Assembly (NCBI GenBank): GCA_040285745.1 | Contig: JAUFOR010000008.1 | Span: 558,001 to 622,000, forward strand | Origin: Barthelona sp. PCE | Lineage: Eukaryota | DNA length: 64,000 nucleotides | Direction of reading: 5' to 3' | In this document: positions 38,979-49,255 of the stretch, piece after piece | How positions within the stretch are numbered: position 1 is the first letter of the stretch | How the letters are laid out: the number at the start of each line of letters is the position of its first letter | Made by a program: the position numbers and the translations under genes | Notes under the pieces: generated by a model | Databases searched by the model: none | Seen by the model: the letters and a program-made list of their open reading frames with translations, nothing else | What the model was told of the DNA's origin: nothing

Positions 38979-41513
38979 TTATTCGTTAAGAAGGGGATCT
39001 ATAAATTCTCCTCCTCCTTGACCACTGTTGAGTGCACTTAGGAACTTCCCAAATACATTGATGGATCTTCTCTTCTCAACAGACTTTGGTCTCGACACCC
39101 CCAGTTCAGGAAGCTTGAGGATGGTGAACAGGTGATCCACATTCTGGATCAAAAGCTCGTTGGTCTCAGGAAGCAATGTCACGCTCTCAATCAAAAAAGG
39201 ATAATTATATTCCCACAGCACCTCCTCTGTGAAACTAGGGTTAACCATAATGATGTTTCCGCTCTGTGAGTATACGCACAACGCAGCATCTGAGGGTAGC
39301 ATCAGTATATCACAATGGGACTCAAAAAACTGGTGGCTCGAAATGATACAAAAGTGTGTGGGGAGGACGAAATGCACGGCTCCGCAATCAGTTGATACAA
39401 ATATCAACCTACCGGCCATGATTATATTGGTAACATGGTCCTCAATCACGAGACGACCTATTTGTTTGAACGTTTCCACCGAATAAAACAAAATCTCATT
39501 GTGCGAGCCAACAACAAGAGTATTAGTCAGCGAGTCAAAAACACAGCACTTGACCTCGGCATTGAGCGATTCCTCACGCAAAAGTGAGAGATTAGCACCC
39601 AGACCCCATTGGTTGACAATACCAGCTTCATCAATAGAGATTATTGAAAGATCGCTCTTTTGCGAATTACTGATGACACTGATCACCGGTTCTCGGTGGG
39701 TGGACACTCCAAACACAATGGTATCTGTCATGACGTTGAAAGCAGCGAACTTACCTGACTGAAAACCAATGAAGAGCTGGCTACTGAAAAACATAAAAAA
39801 ATGAGACGTGGGAACGTAATGCACCTTCTTCCGGGCACGGCGTGTGGGTATTGTCTGCTTCTTGGAAGTGTGGAACCTTTGCTTCCCGAAAGACTCAGTC
39901 TGAACATCTGATATCAATTTTTTGCGAGCAATTAATCGATCTATGAGTGAAAACCGAGACACCTCGACCGTCTCGTTGACCATGCGCTGCTGCACAGTCA
40001 CCTGTGCATCCTGCCCAATGGTAACAAAACATCCTGGCTTGAAAGCCTCAATGCCGCTCATATAACCTCTGTCAAGCCACTTCGCCGTAACCTTGTTTAT
40101 CATGGCGGTGCTCGATACCGTGCCGCAATGGTCAGACCCCAGCAAGTGGATGGGTGAGACAAAAGCAGGACACTGATGAATAGAAATTTCCTTACTCTCA
40201 GTTTTAAACTCTAAAGTAAACATATCAAGACTGGTTTCATAGAATACAACAAAGCCACGCGGGTCTGTGGACACACTGCTGATCCCCTTAATTGGTTTCG
40301 GCAAGCGGATAATGTCCAGCTTTGTCAGCCCTTCAAGACTGAGCAAGTGAATATCGCTGTTCACCGCCACAGCGACGCACCCCTCCTTCAGGTGCCTCAG
40401 CAATATCATGCCCGACGGGCGGCCGCCTAGGTTGTAAGTCGCTATCGTCTGATTCAGCATTATCGAAAAAATGCAGCACATTCCGTCATTGCCAATGGTA
40501 CAAACTTGAGAGCTGCTAAGACCAATGACGCACTGGACTGCAAGTGTATGGAGGTCGCTGACCGTTTTGGAACGGTACACGGAGATCAACATAGCTTTCT
40601 TTGAGGTTCCAGAGTTCGACTGTGGTTCAAAAGCAACGCGCTCAACAAATGGTAAGAGCGATCCGGAGAGCTGCTGAATCGTCTCCATCTTGTTTTCGAA
40701 CGCCTCGTCCGACATCTTGCTCTTCTCTCTTGCCTTATCAATCAGCTCAGTCGCAGTAACTCGCGCCTTCTTCTTCTTTGATAGAGAAACATAAGCATGG
40801 TTCCTGCTAACCGGAATATCAACCTCTGATTTAAACACATGCATGTTACCGATGGTATCTACGACAATGAGTCCATCATTAATAAAGCATATTGATGATA
40901 ACCAGACACCCCCCAACTGCTTAATGTCCCTGATGTTGCTGGTAGATACGTCAGACATCCCGCTTGTCGTTGCCTTTGGCAGACACCCCATTAGCCAGCT
41001 CTCTGAGGAAATATTCTTGAAGAAATCAGTGACCGACTGCTTTAGAACGTATATGGGTCTCATAAACTCTTCTCGCTCCTCAGCGCAGTACAGCTGAAGA
41101 GACCCGTCGGTCAGCGCGGCCGCAAGGTAGTTGAACTTGACAGAGTACTTGAGGCATACTACACTGCCATCGATGTCGGCAATGCTTTGTATCCTCTTGG
41201 GCTTCTGTCTGAAAGGATAGGTGTATTCCCATATGTGAATCTGATGATCTGATGAGCCCGTGAAGATAAGACGCATCGAAGGAACGACACATAAACTAAT
41301 AATTGACGTCATATGAGCATTTTCGATTATGAACTTTGGGGTGGAGACGGAATGCGACGCCGATTGTACAAAGCACCCAAAAGACCCGTTGGAAAAGCCC
41401 ACAAACATACAGTCGCGCTCCTGCACCGGTACACAATCGATAATTGTTATCGAAAACTCGCGGTTAAATTGTTTCTGCTTTAATACGTACTGGTGGACCA
41501 ATCTTGTCTGCAT
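38979..41513 (-). CDS. WD40-repeat protein
   Basis: AHMTSIISL...IFTGSSDHQIHIWE, THREPVISV...SIDEAGIVNQWG and other blade-like repeats. Confidence 0.8.
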   Translation of the reverse strand: MQTRLVHQYVLKQKQFNREFSITIIDCVPVQERDCMFVGFSNGSFGCFVQSASHSVSTPKFIIENAHMTSIISLCVVPSMRLIFTGSSDHQIHIWEYTYPFRQKPKRIQSIADIDGSVVCLKYSVKFNYLAAALTDGSLQLYCAEEREEFMRPIYVLKQSVTDFFKNISSESWLMGCLPKATTSGMSDVSTSNIRDIKQLGGVWLSSICFINDGLIVVDTIGNMHVFKSEVDIPVSRNHAYVSLSKKKKARVTATELIDKAREKSKMSDEAFENKMETIQQLSGSLLPFVERVAFEPQSNSGTSKKAMLISVYRSKTVSDLHTLAVQCVIGLSSSQVCTIGNDGMCCIFSIMLNQTIATYNLGGRPSGMILLRHLKEGCVAVAVNSDIHLLSLEGLTKLDIIRLPKPIKGISSVSTDPRGFVVFYETSLDMFTLEFKTESKEISIHQCPAFVSPIHLLGSDHCGTVSSTAMINKVTAKWLDRGYMSGIEAFKPGCFVTIGQDAQVTVQQRMVNETVEVSRFSLIDRLIARKKLISDVQTESFGKQRFHTSKKQTIPTRRARKKVHYVPTSHFFMFFSSQLFIGFQSGKFAAFNVMTDTIVFGVSTHREPVISVISNSQKSDLSIISIDEAGIVNQWGLGANLSLLREESLNAEVKCCVFDSLTNTLVVGSHNEILFYSVETFKQIGRLVIEDHVTNIIMAGRLIFVSTDCGAVHFVLPTHFCIISSHQFFESHCDILMLPSDAALCVYSQSGNIIMVNPSFTEEVLWEYNYPFLIESVTLLPETNELLIQNVDHLFTILKLPELGVSRPKSVEKRRSINVFGKFLSALNSGQGGGEFIDPLLNE

Positions 41514-41583
41514 TTATACGTGGTGACCCATATTTTTATGTATGAAATGGGAGATAATGATGTTAACGAAAATATTTACTTCT

Positions 41584-43524
41584 TTAAAGGGCAACATCAT
41601 CACATTCATTGAGGATGTCTATGGTCGCGTTAAGAACCTTCAGACGCTCATTGAGCACGGCTCTTCTTCGTGTTGTTTCAGGGTCTTCGTTCATCAGGGC
41701 TTCCAGATCATTTGCGATGTAAATCCTGTCAGTAAGGGCTTGGCGCATGTTCTTTTTGCTTCCATTGACGAGGAAATGCATGATAATCTTTGGGATGCTG
41801 TCGCTCACCTTCACTGCAACAATCTCAAAGTAATTAATCAGCATTGACTTCATCAACTCGATAATCTGCGTGTCTCGAGTCGTTGCAGCCATCTGGACAC
41901 TTGGTTGAGAAGGAATGCGTTCCATTTTTTTGGGCTTCTTAGTATTACTTTGCTCATTTTCAATGTCCTGCAGACGTTCGCGGACGCGCTCGTCGACTAT
42001 GCGCTCGACGTGTGCGTTATACCCCTTAAAATGTGGATGCTGCGTGTTTATGTAAGCTATCTCGCACTCAATAGAATCTCTAATAAAAGCCTGTGTTGGC
42101 TGCAGCGCGTCAAAGAGAACCTCCTGCGCAACGTCCTTGATACGCTTCTCGAATTTGCTGAACCTTGCGATCTTCTCAGTTATACAACCGTCGATCATCC
42201 TTCTCAGCTCCTCATATACGTCTTCGGCACACGCGATTGCGGGATTTTCGAGTTCCACAAGCTGTTTAGTCACTAATTGATCAAATGCGTTGCTAGGGGT
42301 GAACAAGAGAGGTTTAACACCGCTAGCGTTGTTAACAACCATCGTGATATGCTCGGGCCGAACGGTTGCATACGGTTGCACCCTGGAGATATTCTTCTGA
42401 AGCTGTTCTGTGAAAATGTTGTTCAGCTTAGCACCTCCAACAAGTTCTTCAGTGATTCGCCCCTGCACCTTGCCTTCGATGTGATCGCAGTATCTTTGAT
42501 AAAATGCATCAATGAGGTCGATTGCGATAGCCTTGTTATCACCTATGGGCGCATCTCCCAGTGTTCGTAACTCGTTCTTGCTTCTGTTTAAGTACTTGTT
42601 TGCTTGTCGACGCATGTTAGGAATGCTACGCTTGATGTGGTGCATAAGATACCTGTTCAGTGTCCGCGTGAGAAACGCTATACCACATCGTTCTGCAACC
42701 GTCGCATACTTCTGGTGGGTCAAAAAGAACTGCTCCTCCAATGCGTGTTGTGCTTCAACAGACTTACCGTCATTGATTGACTGCTGGCTCCTGTTGACGA
42801 CTCCGATATACCCAAGGCGCAGCGGAACCACCCGTCCTTCCAGAATGTCGAGAGCGTCTGTACCATCATCCATCAAATCCAGCTTGGTCACAACGGCCAG
42901 CGTCCTCATTCCCTCAGGGTCGACCTCCTTCGCCAGCTGCAGCGCGTCTGACGTAGCAATGTCAGTGTTTGCAGCGTGTACAGCGAGTATTATGGTTTGT
43001 GGACTGGAAATGTACTCCAAACACATTTGCCTGATCTTGACGTCGATATCCTTCGTCTGGTCACCAACAGGTATCTTTGTGAGGCCAGGCAGATCGATGA
43101 GTGTTAAATCCAGGAAGTGGGAGGAGTGCAGCTTCAAGTTTATAGGGAGTGTGCTTATACCTTTGTTCTGACCTGCAATACGACTTGTATCTTGCTCTAT
43201 CTCCTGCATGATCTCTGCGTAATCGGTGTACACCCTGTTTGGCTTGTGAAGAAACTCACCCCACTCATTGTACTCTTTTCCATCACTAGCCTTCACTTTT
43301 TTGCTTGTTTTGATCAATTGCAGGATGAGAGGACGACGTGTGACAACATTGGATCCGCTGGGGAGAAAGTCACGCCCCACAATGCTCGTCATGATGCTTG
43401 TTTTTCCGCACGACTGGCTTCCGACAACGCAAATTTGAGGAAGAACGATGTTGTTCTTCTGAGACTTGTTGAGAGTCGTATATACGTCCTGCAGCCTATT
43501 TATCGTCGGGATCAATTGTTCCAT
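41584..43524 (-). CDS. Dynamin-related GTPase (Drp1/Vps1 type)
   Basis: MEQLIPTINRLQD, LPQICVVGSQSCGKTS, VTRRPL, LTLIDLPG, TKLDLMD, GED DSIPKIIMHFLVN; no PH or proline-rich domain. Confidence 0.96.
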   Translation of the reverse strand: MEQLIPTINRLQDVYTTLNKSQKNNIVLPQICVVGSQSCGKTSIMTSIVGRDFLPSGSNVVTRRPLILQLIKTSKKVKASDGKEYNEWGEFLHKPNRVYTDYAEIMQEIEQDTSRIAGQNKGISTLPINLKLHSSHFLDLTLIDLPGLTKIPVGDQTKDIDVKIRQMCLEYISSPQTIILAVHAANTDIATSDALQLAKEVDPEGMRTLAVVTKLDLMDDGTDALDILEGRVVPLRLGYIGVVNRSQQSINDGKSVEAQHALEEQFFLTHQKYATVAERCGIAFLTRTLNRYLMHHIKRSIPNMRRQANKYLNRSKNELRTLGDAPIGDNKAIAIDLIDAFYQRYCDHIEGKVQGRITEELVGGAKLNNIFTEQLQKNISRVQPYATVRPEHITMVVNNASGVKPLLFTPSNAFDQLVTKQLVELENPAIACAEDVYEELRRMIDGCITEKIARFSKFEKRIKDVAQEVLFDALQPTQAFIRDSIECEIAYINTQHPHFKGYNAHVERIVDERVRERLQDIENEQSNTKKPKKMERIPSQPSVQMAATTRDTQIIELMKSMLINYFEIVAVKVSDSIPKIIMHFLVNGSKKNMRQALTDRIYIANDLEALMNEDPETTRRRAVLNERLKVLNATIDILNECDDVAL

Positions 43525-43970
43525 TGGATGAAAACAGATGAATATTGTAAACAACTCCTGTAAACCGGCGATATTTCAAATGTCTTGATTTCTTTATTAA
43601 AACGTCTGTGCATGTCTCTGTTCGGCATATTAAGGATTTAAAATAAGCCCACATTAATACATGCAAAGAAAAAATTCCTGTACCGAAATTTCCCAATTAT
43701 TCTCTACCTCCATCTAAAGGTCCGCTGCATCCGTTAAGATGTGAGTGACAAGAATGGAATACTCATGAAAACGCGCAAAAAATTCCAGCAAAAAGGAAAT
43801 ATTACAATGCTCTGAAAAACCAATGCTTCAGCCCACATTTAAGCGCTAAAAGCGCTGCCGAATGTAAAAAGGGATATAATCACAAAAACCGATTGTTTTG
43901 CGTTTCTCACCATTATCAGCATTTATATATAAGTATTTACATTCATTTGCAAGTACATCTAACGTTTAGT

Positions 43971-44624
43971 ATGGTATCGGGCGCATCTGTCATATCTATC
44001 GTCTACAATGGAGGTATTCTCATTGGAAGCGACACAATCTTATCATCGGGCAAAATGTTGCGATACAACAACATCCAAAGGGTTCACAAGGTCACAGAGC
44101 AATGTGTCATGATTGCTTCAGGGGATTATGCAGATTTTCAGCTTTTCCAGAGGGAGATTGATCGTGTCATTCGCGAACAAAAAGTAGAGGAGTACAACTA
44201 CCAACACGACGCAAGGGAAATCCATCAACTGGTGTCTAGAATCCAATACAATGCATCAAGGAGAGTTGAGCCTCTTTATAATGATGTTATAATTGCTGGT
44301 ATTACACATGATGCTGTGCCGTACATCGGCTCTGCTGACCTCCAGGGAACATCGTTTTCATCTGACCGATACATCACGAGCGGCTTTTCACTTTACATCT
44401 GTCAACCTATTTTAGAAGAGAAGTGGGAAGAGAACATGACACAAGACCAGGCCTTTGAGCTGATGTGTGAGCTCTTCCACGTGTTGTACGCACGACATGC
44501 TTTACAAGGAAAGGAATTCCAGGTTACTTGTGTTTCGGAAGACGGTGTAGAGACTTCTGAGAAGATTTCTGCTGAGCTGAACTGGGACTGGGCCGACGAT
44601 GTGATGAGATTCACAAAGGTGTAG
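43971..44624 (+). CDS. PSMB4: Proteasome subunit beta type-4 (beta7/Pre4)
   Basis: MVSGASVI.I.YNGGILIGSD...S.G.MLRY, SGDYADFQ, PLYN, LYARH, NWDWA. Confidence 0.9.
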   Translation: MVSGASVISIVYNGGILIGSDTILSSGKMLRYNNIQRVHKVTEQCVMIASGDYADFQLFQREIDRVIREQKVEEYNYQHDAREIHQLVSRIQYNASRRVEPLYNDVIIAGITHDAVPYIGSADLQGTSFSSDRYITSGFSLYICQPILEEKWEENMTQDQAFELMCELFHVLYARHALQGKEFQVTCVSEDGVETSEKISAELNWDWADDVMRFTKV

Positions 44625-44681
44625 TAAACATTTTGTTTTAATTATTTTTAATTATCAATATTTTTTTTTGAGATTAATTTT

Positions 44682-45905
44682 CTATTGAAGATGTGCTGGT
44701 GGCGATAGGGAAACTGGGCGCATGATTTCAGCGCTTCCAAAAGGACTAATCTCAGGCATTGTGTTGATCACACCATCATCTTCACTGTGAATAGATTCAC
44801 TCGATATACTGCTCACGAGTGATCCCTCTGTCGGGTTGGGGGTCGTACGCCTCACAAATGCCTGGTGCAAGTCGTATAACAACTCAGTATGACTGGGATG
44901 ATGCTGCACAAAGGCTCCCAGAGCTCCAAGAAACCCATGATGCCTGATAAACACTGCACGCTGCTCCGATCCACTGTAGAAGTCAATACCGAACGATAAG
45001 GTCTCCTTCATAACAGTGTGAGATTTCTCCTTGCCTAAAAAGTGACCGCAGAAGACAATATCCTTTGCACCAACGGACGTGGCTGCGTGACTCGCAAGAT
45101 GTGCCACGTTGATACAAACCATAAACATAAGACTTCTTAGGATATCGTTCTTCGTGTGCTCTTTTCGAAAGAGTGAACCAAATGATGCTGCTGGCAGGTC
45201 TGGGTCGATGTTCAGTCCCTCAGCTGCACCTCCGTAGATATCACGGATAAGAAGATCGCAGTTCCTGTAATCTCCTGCTGTTGTGAGCTCTATGATGCGG
45301 TCGAAGTCAGTTTCACCAGTCAACAACTTTGCAAGTGCCAGAAATGTTGCTCCACCAAGACAAGTACCTGACACACGGGAAAATCGGTCAAAGCCCTCAA
45401 CAAGGAGGAAGGAGACACCACTACCAAATGAAACGAGGAGATACGGATAGATGTGAGAGGGAGGCAAAAATGTCTTTAATGGAATGATCTCATGCAGTTT
45501 ATGATTAATAACGAAGCAAGAATTCGGAACTTCGTTAAGGACAAAATTCAAACCCAGAACAAGCGTCGTCATTTCCTCACGCTGGTTTATCGCAACACCC
45601 ATTTGATCCTCAATAAGTTGTGAATATCTGAACGCGCCACCCCCTGTCGCCGTCACATTGGTAATGAGGGAATTAAGCTCATACTTTTTCACAAACATAA
45701 GACACTCATCCAAAGAAGCGCTGCTAAACTTGTATAACCTAAATTTCCCATCAAAATGTGCTGACTCGAACTCTGCATCACCAGGTGGCAGCCTGGATGT
45801 GATGAATGCTGCTTGCTCGTGGTTATTTGGCTCAAAAACCAACAGTTTTGCTAAACTACCACCAATATCAAAGGTCACTGTGGGTTTCCCGCGGAATAGA
45901 GCCAT
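44682..45905 (-). CDS. PANK: Type II (eukaryotic) pantothenate kinase
   Basis: DIGGSLAKL, ATGGGAFRY, EM..LVLG, YPYLLVSFGSGVS, RVSGTCLGGATF, GFLGALGA. An upstream ATG at 46001 is also in frame. Confidence 0.93.
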   Translation of the reverse strand: MALFRGKPTVTFDIGGSLAKLLVFEPNNHEQAAFITSRLPPGDAEFESAHFDGKFRLYKFSSASLDECLMFVKKYELNSLITNVTATGGGAFRYSQLIEDQMGVAINQREEMTTLVLGLNFVLNEVPNSCFVINHKLHEIIPLKTFLPPSHIYPYLLVSFGSGVSFLLVEGFDRFSRVSGTCLGGATFLALAKLLTGETDFDRIIELTTAGDYRNCDLLIRDIYGGAAEGLNIDPDLPAASFGSLFRKEHTKNDILRSLMFMVCINVAHLASHAATSVGAKDIVFCGHFLGKEKSHTVMKETLSFGIDFYSGSEQRAVFIRHHGFLGALGAFVQHHPSHTELLYDLHQAFVRRTTPNPTEGSLVSSISSESIHSEDDGVINTMPEISPFGSAEIMRPVSLSPPAHLQ

Positions 45906-46216
45906 CCTGTTGGTGAGATATAGTTTTAAAATATGATAACACTGTCCTTTCAAAGATAAAACTCGCCTGAGATCTTGATTTTCTATTTTGTACCGCTTCA
46001 TAACTTTAAGAAGCCATTGTTTACCAGATTTGTATCATGAATCGCGAAAATCTCCGAGATTCTATTTTCCTAAATTCTGCGTATTAACTCAAAGGCTTCT
46101 AATTAGTGTAAAAACGCAATGGACGCACCATAAGAACTCAAAGATGGGTCTCTTTCCATGCGATATTAACTAAAACAATACGTTATCCATATTATTCACC
46201 TTCTCACGTTCCGGGA

Positions 46217-48106
46217 ATGAATGGGGATTTGGAGCGCATTAAATCAGAAACAAAAAAGAAAAGGTCTCTCCTTGAGGATCTCAGGGAGCGAAATAAGCAG
46301 CTCACCGAGAGTTTGAGTGATTCATTGGATATTAACAGTCTACTTCACAAATATCTACCTTCAAAACCCATCGTTCTGGGTGAAGTACGCTCCAAGCTTG
46401 AACAAATTAGCAAACCAAAGGAGGAAAGAAGTACTGTACCTGAACATTCAGAAATTCAGGTTCAGGAACCGAGAGCACATAGGGAACCCACCATGGAGGA
46501 CTTCTCTAGTGTCCTATTCACTGCACAGAGTACGAAACCTGCCGTCTATGAGATCGGCCTTCAAGCTGAGATGGTTGAGACCAAAGAATACAGTATTGAG
46601 GAGCCAATCGTTACTGTTGAGCCCGAGTCTGAACCGGAGGACGATGTTTTGAGGCCTGAGGAGCGTGTATTGACTCAGGAAGAAATCGAAATGATTGAGG
46701 AGTCGCCTCAATTCCTTCAATTCTGTGAACGCGTATCCAAACTTTATTCCTCTGTACGCGACAGGCCCGGTGAGGATGTGCAGCTGTTCACATTAACTGA
46801 GACTTTAAAGCAACACACAGAAACCGAAAAAATGTTCGAGGTTCTCAAAACCAGGCCTACGCAGGATCTACAACAAAAGAACAATGAAGCTTACAGTGTG
46901 ACAACGTTCAACCAATTGCGTGGTGGAATGCTTGCTATCGGTATGGGAAGAGGACACGTCCAGCCTGGAATGCTCCCGGAGGACGAGATGTCTGGGCTTG
47001 TTGTGCTTGTTAACGTTGCACAGCCCAATACAGTGCTACGTGTGTGTTGTGTACCACATCCGGTTACAAATATTACTTCACATCCAGAAAAAGCACATTT
47101 ACTGTATGTAGGTACACGATTCGGCACAGTATATGCATTCAACGTTCTTGTTGAGGCGGAAACAACACATCCAGCGTTTTCGTTTCCTCCATTCCGGGGG
47201 TGCACCGTCATCGGCCTGCTTTGGATCCAGAACTCTCTTCTTATTTGCTTATCCACAGGTCATCTCATGCTGTTCCACCTTGACATCGACGGGCGCCCAC
47301 CGGACAAACCAAGCGAGTACTTTAAGATGGTGACCGAAGGAGGATTCTCTGAGTTCACAAACGTTTCGTTTTGTCCAGCCAACAGTATCGTCAGCATGAC
47401 CGCGTCCACGATCACCGGCCGCGTTGTCCACTCGCTCATTGATGATTTCAAGGCTGGCTCGAACTCAACCCCAATAGGTGAAAAGCTCACCGAGGAAAAC
47501 TGCAAGCTCCTTCAGGAACGGGCCATTGGGTTCAAGACACCGGCGCATATGGGGCCTGTGCTTGCAATGGACGTGTGCACTCCGCCAATGGGAAGCACAG
47601 GAAATGAGGCGATTGTCAGATGTAACTTCGAGCAATGGATCGTTACAGGTGGGTCCGACTGGGACGTGCGGTTGTGGCTGCCCTCAAGTGTGGTGCAACA
47701 CTTTGTATCGTCGGTCGAGATGGATTCCAGCATTTTCATGAGAGATCACTTTTGTCTTGCTGTTTTTGAGGCACATGGACCGATAACAGGCGTTGCTTTC
47801 AGCCCTAAGAACCCCTTGGCATTTGTCTCATGCGATGCGAATGGAGTGATTCAGTATTTTGATTTGCATCATGATTTTCATGGTCCCAGGTACGTTTTTT
47901 CCTTAGAAGATGATAAAGTGTGCACATCCCTTGTTATACACAACAATCATATCATTGTGGGCACTATGTCTGGCAATGTTCGAGTTTTTATGGTGCAAGA
48001 AACTGTTCTACCACCACTCACTGAGTTGTGGGAGTCTTTCGGAGAAAAGATCATTAATGTGCTCGAGAACCATAAGCGTGTGGAGTCTGAGCGTACACAG
48101 AAGTAA
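46217..48106 (+). CDS. Cytoplasmic dynein intermediate chain-like WD40 protein
   Basis: N-terminal coiled coil, LTQEE...IEESPQFLQF, AHMGPV, TGGSDWDVRLW, VAFSPKNP. Confidence 0.7.
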   Translation: MNGDLERIKSETKKKRSLLEDLRERNKQLTESLSDSLDINSLLHKYLPSKPIVLGEVRSKLEQISKPKEERSTVPEHSEIQVQEPRAHREPTMEDFSSVLFTAQSTKPAVYEIGLQAEMVETKEYSIEEPIVTVEPESEPEDDVLRPEERVLTQEEIEMIEESPQFLQFCERVSKLYSSVRDRPGEDVQLFTLTETLKQHTETEKMFEVLKTRPTQDLQQKNNEAYSVTTFNQLRGGMLAIGMGRGHVQPGMLPEDEMSGLVVLVNVAQPNTVLRVCCVPHPVTNITSHPEKAHLLYVGTRFGTVYAFNVLVEAETTHPAFSFPPFRGCTVIGLLWIQNSLLICLSTGHLMLFHLDIDGRPPDKPSEYFKMVTEGGFSEFTNVSFCPANSIVSMTASTITGRVVHSLIDDFKAGSNSTPIGEKLTEENCKLLQERAIGFKTPAHMGPVLAMDVCTPPMGSTGNEAIVRCNFEQWIVTGGSDWDVRLWLPSSVVQHFVSSVEMDSSIFMRDHFCLAVFEAHGPITGVAFSPKNPLAFVSCDANGVIQYFDLHHDFHGPRYVFSLEDDKVCTSLVIHNNHIIVGTMSGNVRVFMVQETVLPPLTELWESFGEKIINVLENHKRVESERTQK

Positions 48107-48245
48107 ATAGCAAGTCATAAGTAATATGGTTAGTTGTTCTAAAATTGGTTACTTTATGGTTTATTTACTCGAGAAAACAGGTTTTAATGCACAGATAAGA
48201 GGTGAAGAAGCAAAGAAAACTGAAATAACATTTGCATCCACTTTT

Positions 48246-49244
48246 ATGCAATTCCATAGGGCTTATCAGGTTGTGACCCCCACAAACATCGCTGTTTTAA
48301 AGTATTGGGGCAAGCAGGATGCGTATTTAAACCTCCCAGTCAACAGTAGCATCAGTGTAACACTTCATACTGATGATTTACGCACAGAGACCACAGTAGT
48401 ATTGGATTCATCGTTTACAGAAGACAGAATAACGCTTAACGGCGAAGAAACACCTCTCAATGAACGGGTAAAAAAGGTTTTGCATTTTGCTCGTGAGATG
48501 AGTATATATGAGGGTAAGGACTGTTTCATACACATCAATTCTAGAAATACTTTCCCCACAGCAGCAGGGTTGGCCAGTTCTGCAAGCGGATATTGCGCTC
48601 TTGCACTAGCTGTAATTCATGTGTTGAAAATCGAAGCTTCTCCATACAACAAATCATTTTTAGCTCGTATAGGCTCTGGTTCAGCCTGTAGGAGTTTGTA
48701 TGGCGGTGTAGTGGCGTGGGAGCTCACAGAAAAGAACGACAGCATCTCCTACCAGATTGATAACTGGGAACTATCAGTGTTTATATGCATCGTTTCTGCT
48801 GATAAAAAAAAGGTGTCCTCTACAGATGGTATGAATAGAACACTGGCGACAAGCGACCTCTTCAAAGAGAGAAAAGCAATTGCAAACGAACGATTCGAAC
48901 AATTTAAGGATATTGTTAGCAACCGCGATTTCGAGGCTTTTGCGGAACTGACAATGCGTGATAGCAACACCTTCCATGCGCTGTGTCTCGATAGCTACCC
49001 GCCCATTCGGTTTATGAACGACACAAGCCATGCTATCATAGATTGTGTCCATCATATGAACCAAGCATGTGGCCGCAATGTTGCTTGCTACACGTTTGAT
49101 GCAGGCCCGAATGCCGTTATTTTCTGTCTTCCATCCGATGCCGAGCTCGTGGAGAACCATCTATCAGTTGTTTTAGAATTTAACAATATACAGTTGTTAA
49201 AAACAAAAACAGGAACTGACCCATCAGATAACGAGCTTCTATAA
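48246..49244 (+). CDS. MVD: Diphosphomevalonate decarboxylase
   Basis: PTNIAVLKYWGK, LPVNSSISVTL, FPTAAGLASSASG, ARIGSGSACRSLYGG, YTFDAGPNA. ATG 48246 preferred over 48126. Confidence 0.96.
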   Translation: MQFHRAYQVVTPTNIAVLKYWGKQDAYLNLPVNSSISVTLHTDDLRTETTVVLDSSFTEDRITLNGEETPLNERVKKVLHFAREMSIYEGKDCFIHINSRNTFPTAAGLASSASGYCALALAVIHVLKIEASPYNKSFLARIGSGSACRSLYGGVVAWELTEKNDSISYQIDNWELSVFICIVSADKKKVSSTDGMNRTLATSDLFKERKAIANERFEQFKDIVSNRDFEAFAELTMRDSNTFHALCLDSYPPIRFMNDTSHAIIDCVHHMNQACGRNVACYTFDAGPNAVIFCLPSDAELVENHLSVVLEFNNIQLLKTKTGTDPSDNELL

Positions 49245-49255
49245 TTAATTAGTGA

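Noticed and set aside
42277-43563. Long antisense ORFs opposite dynamin (similar ones opposite dynein and the LRR genes)
   Set aside because: No motifs; typical antisense shadows of codon-biased genes.
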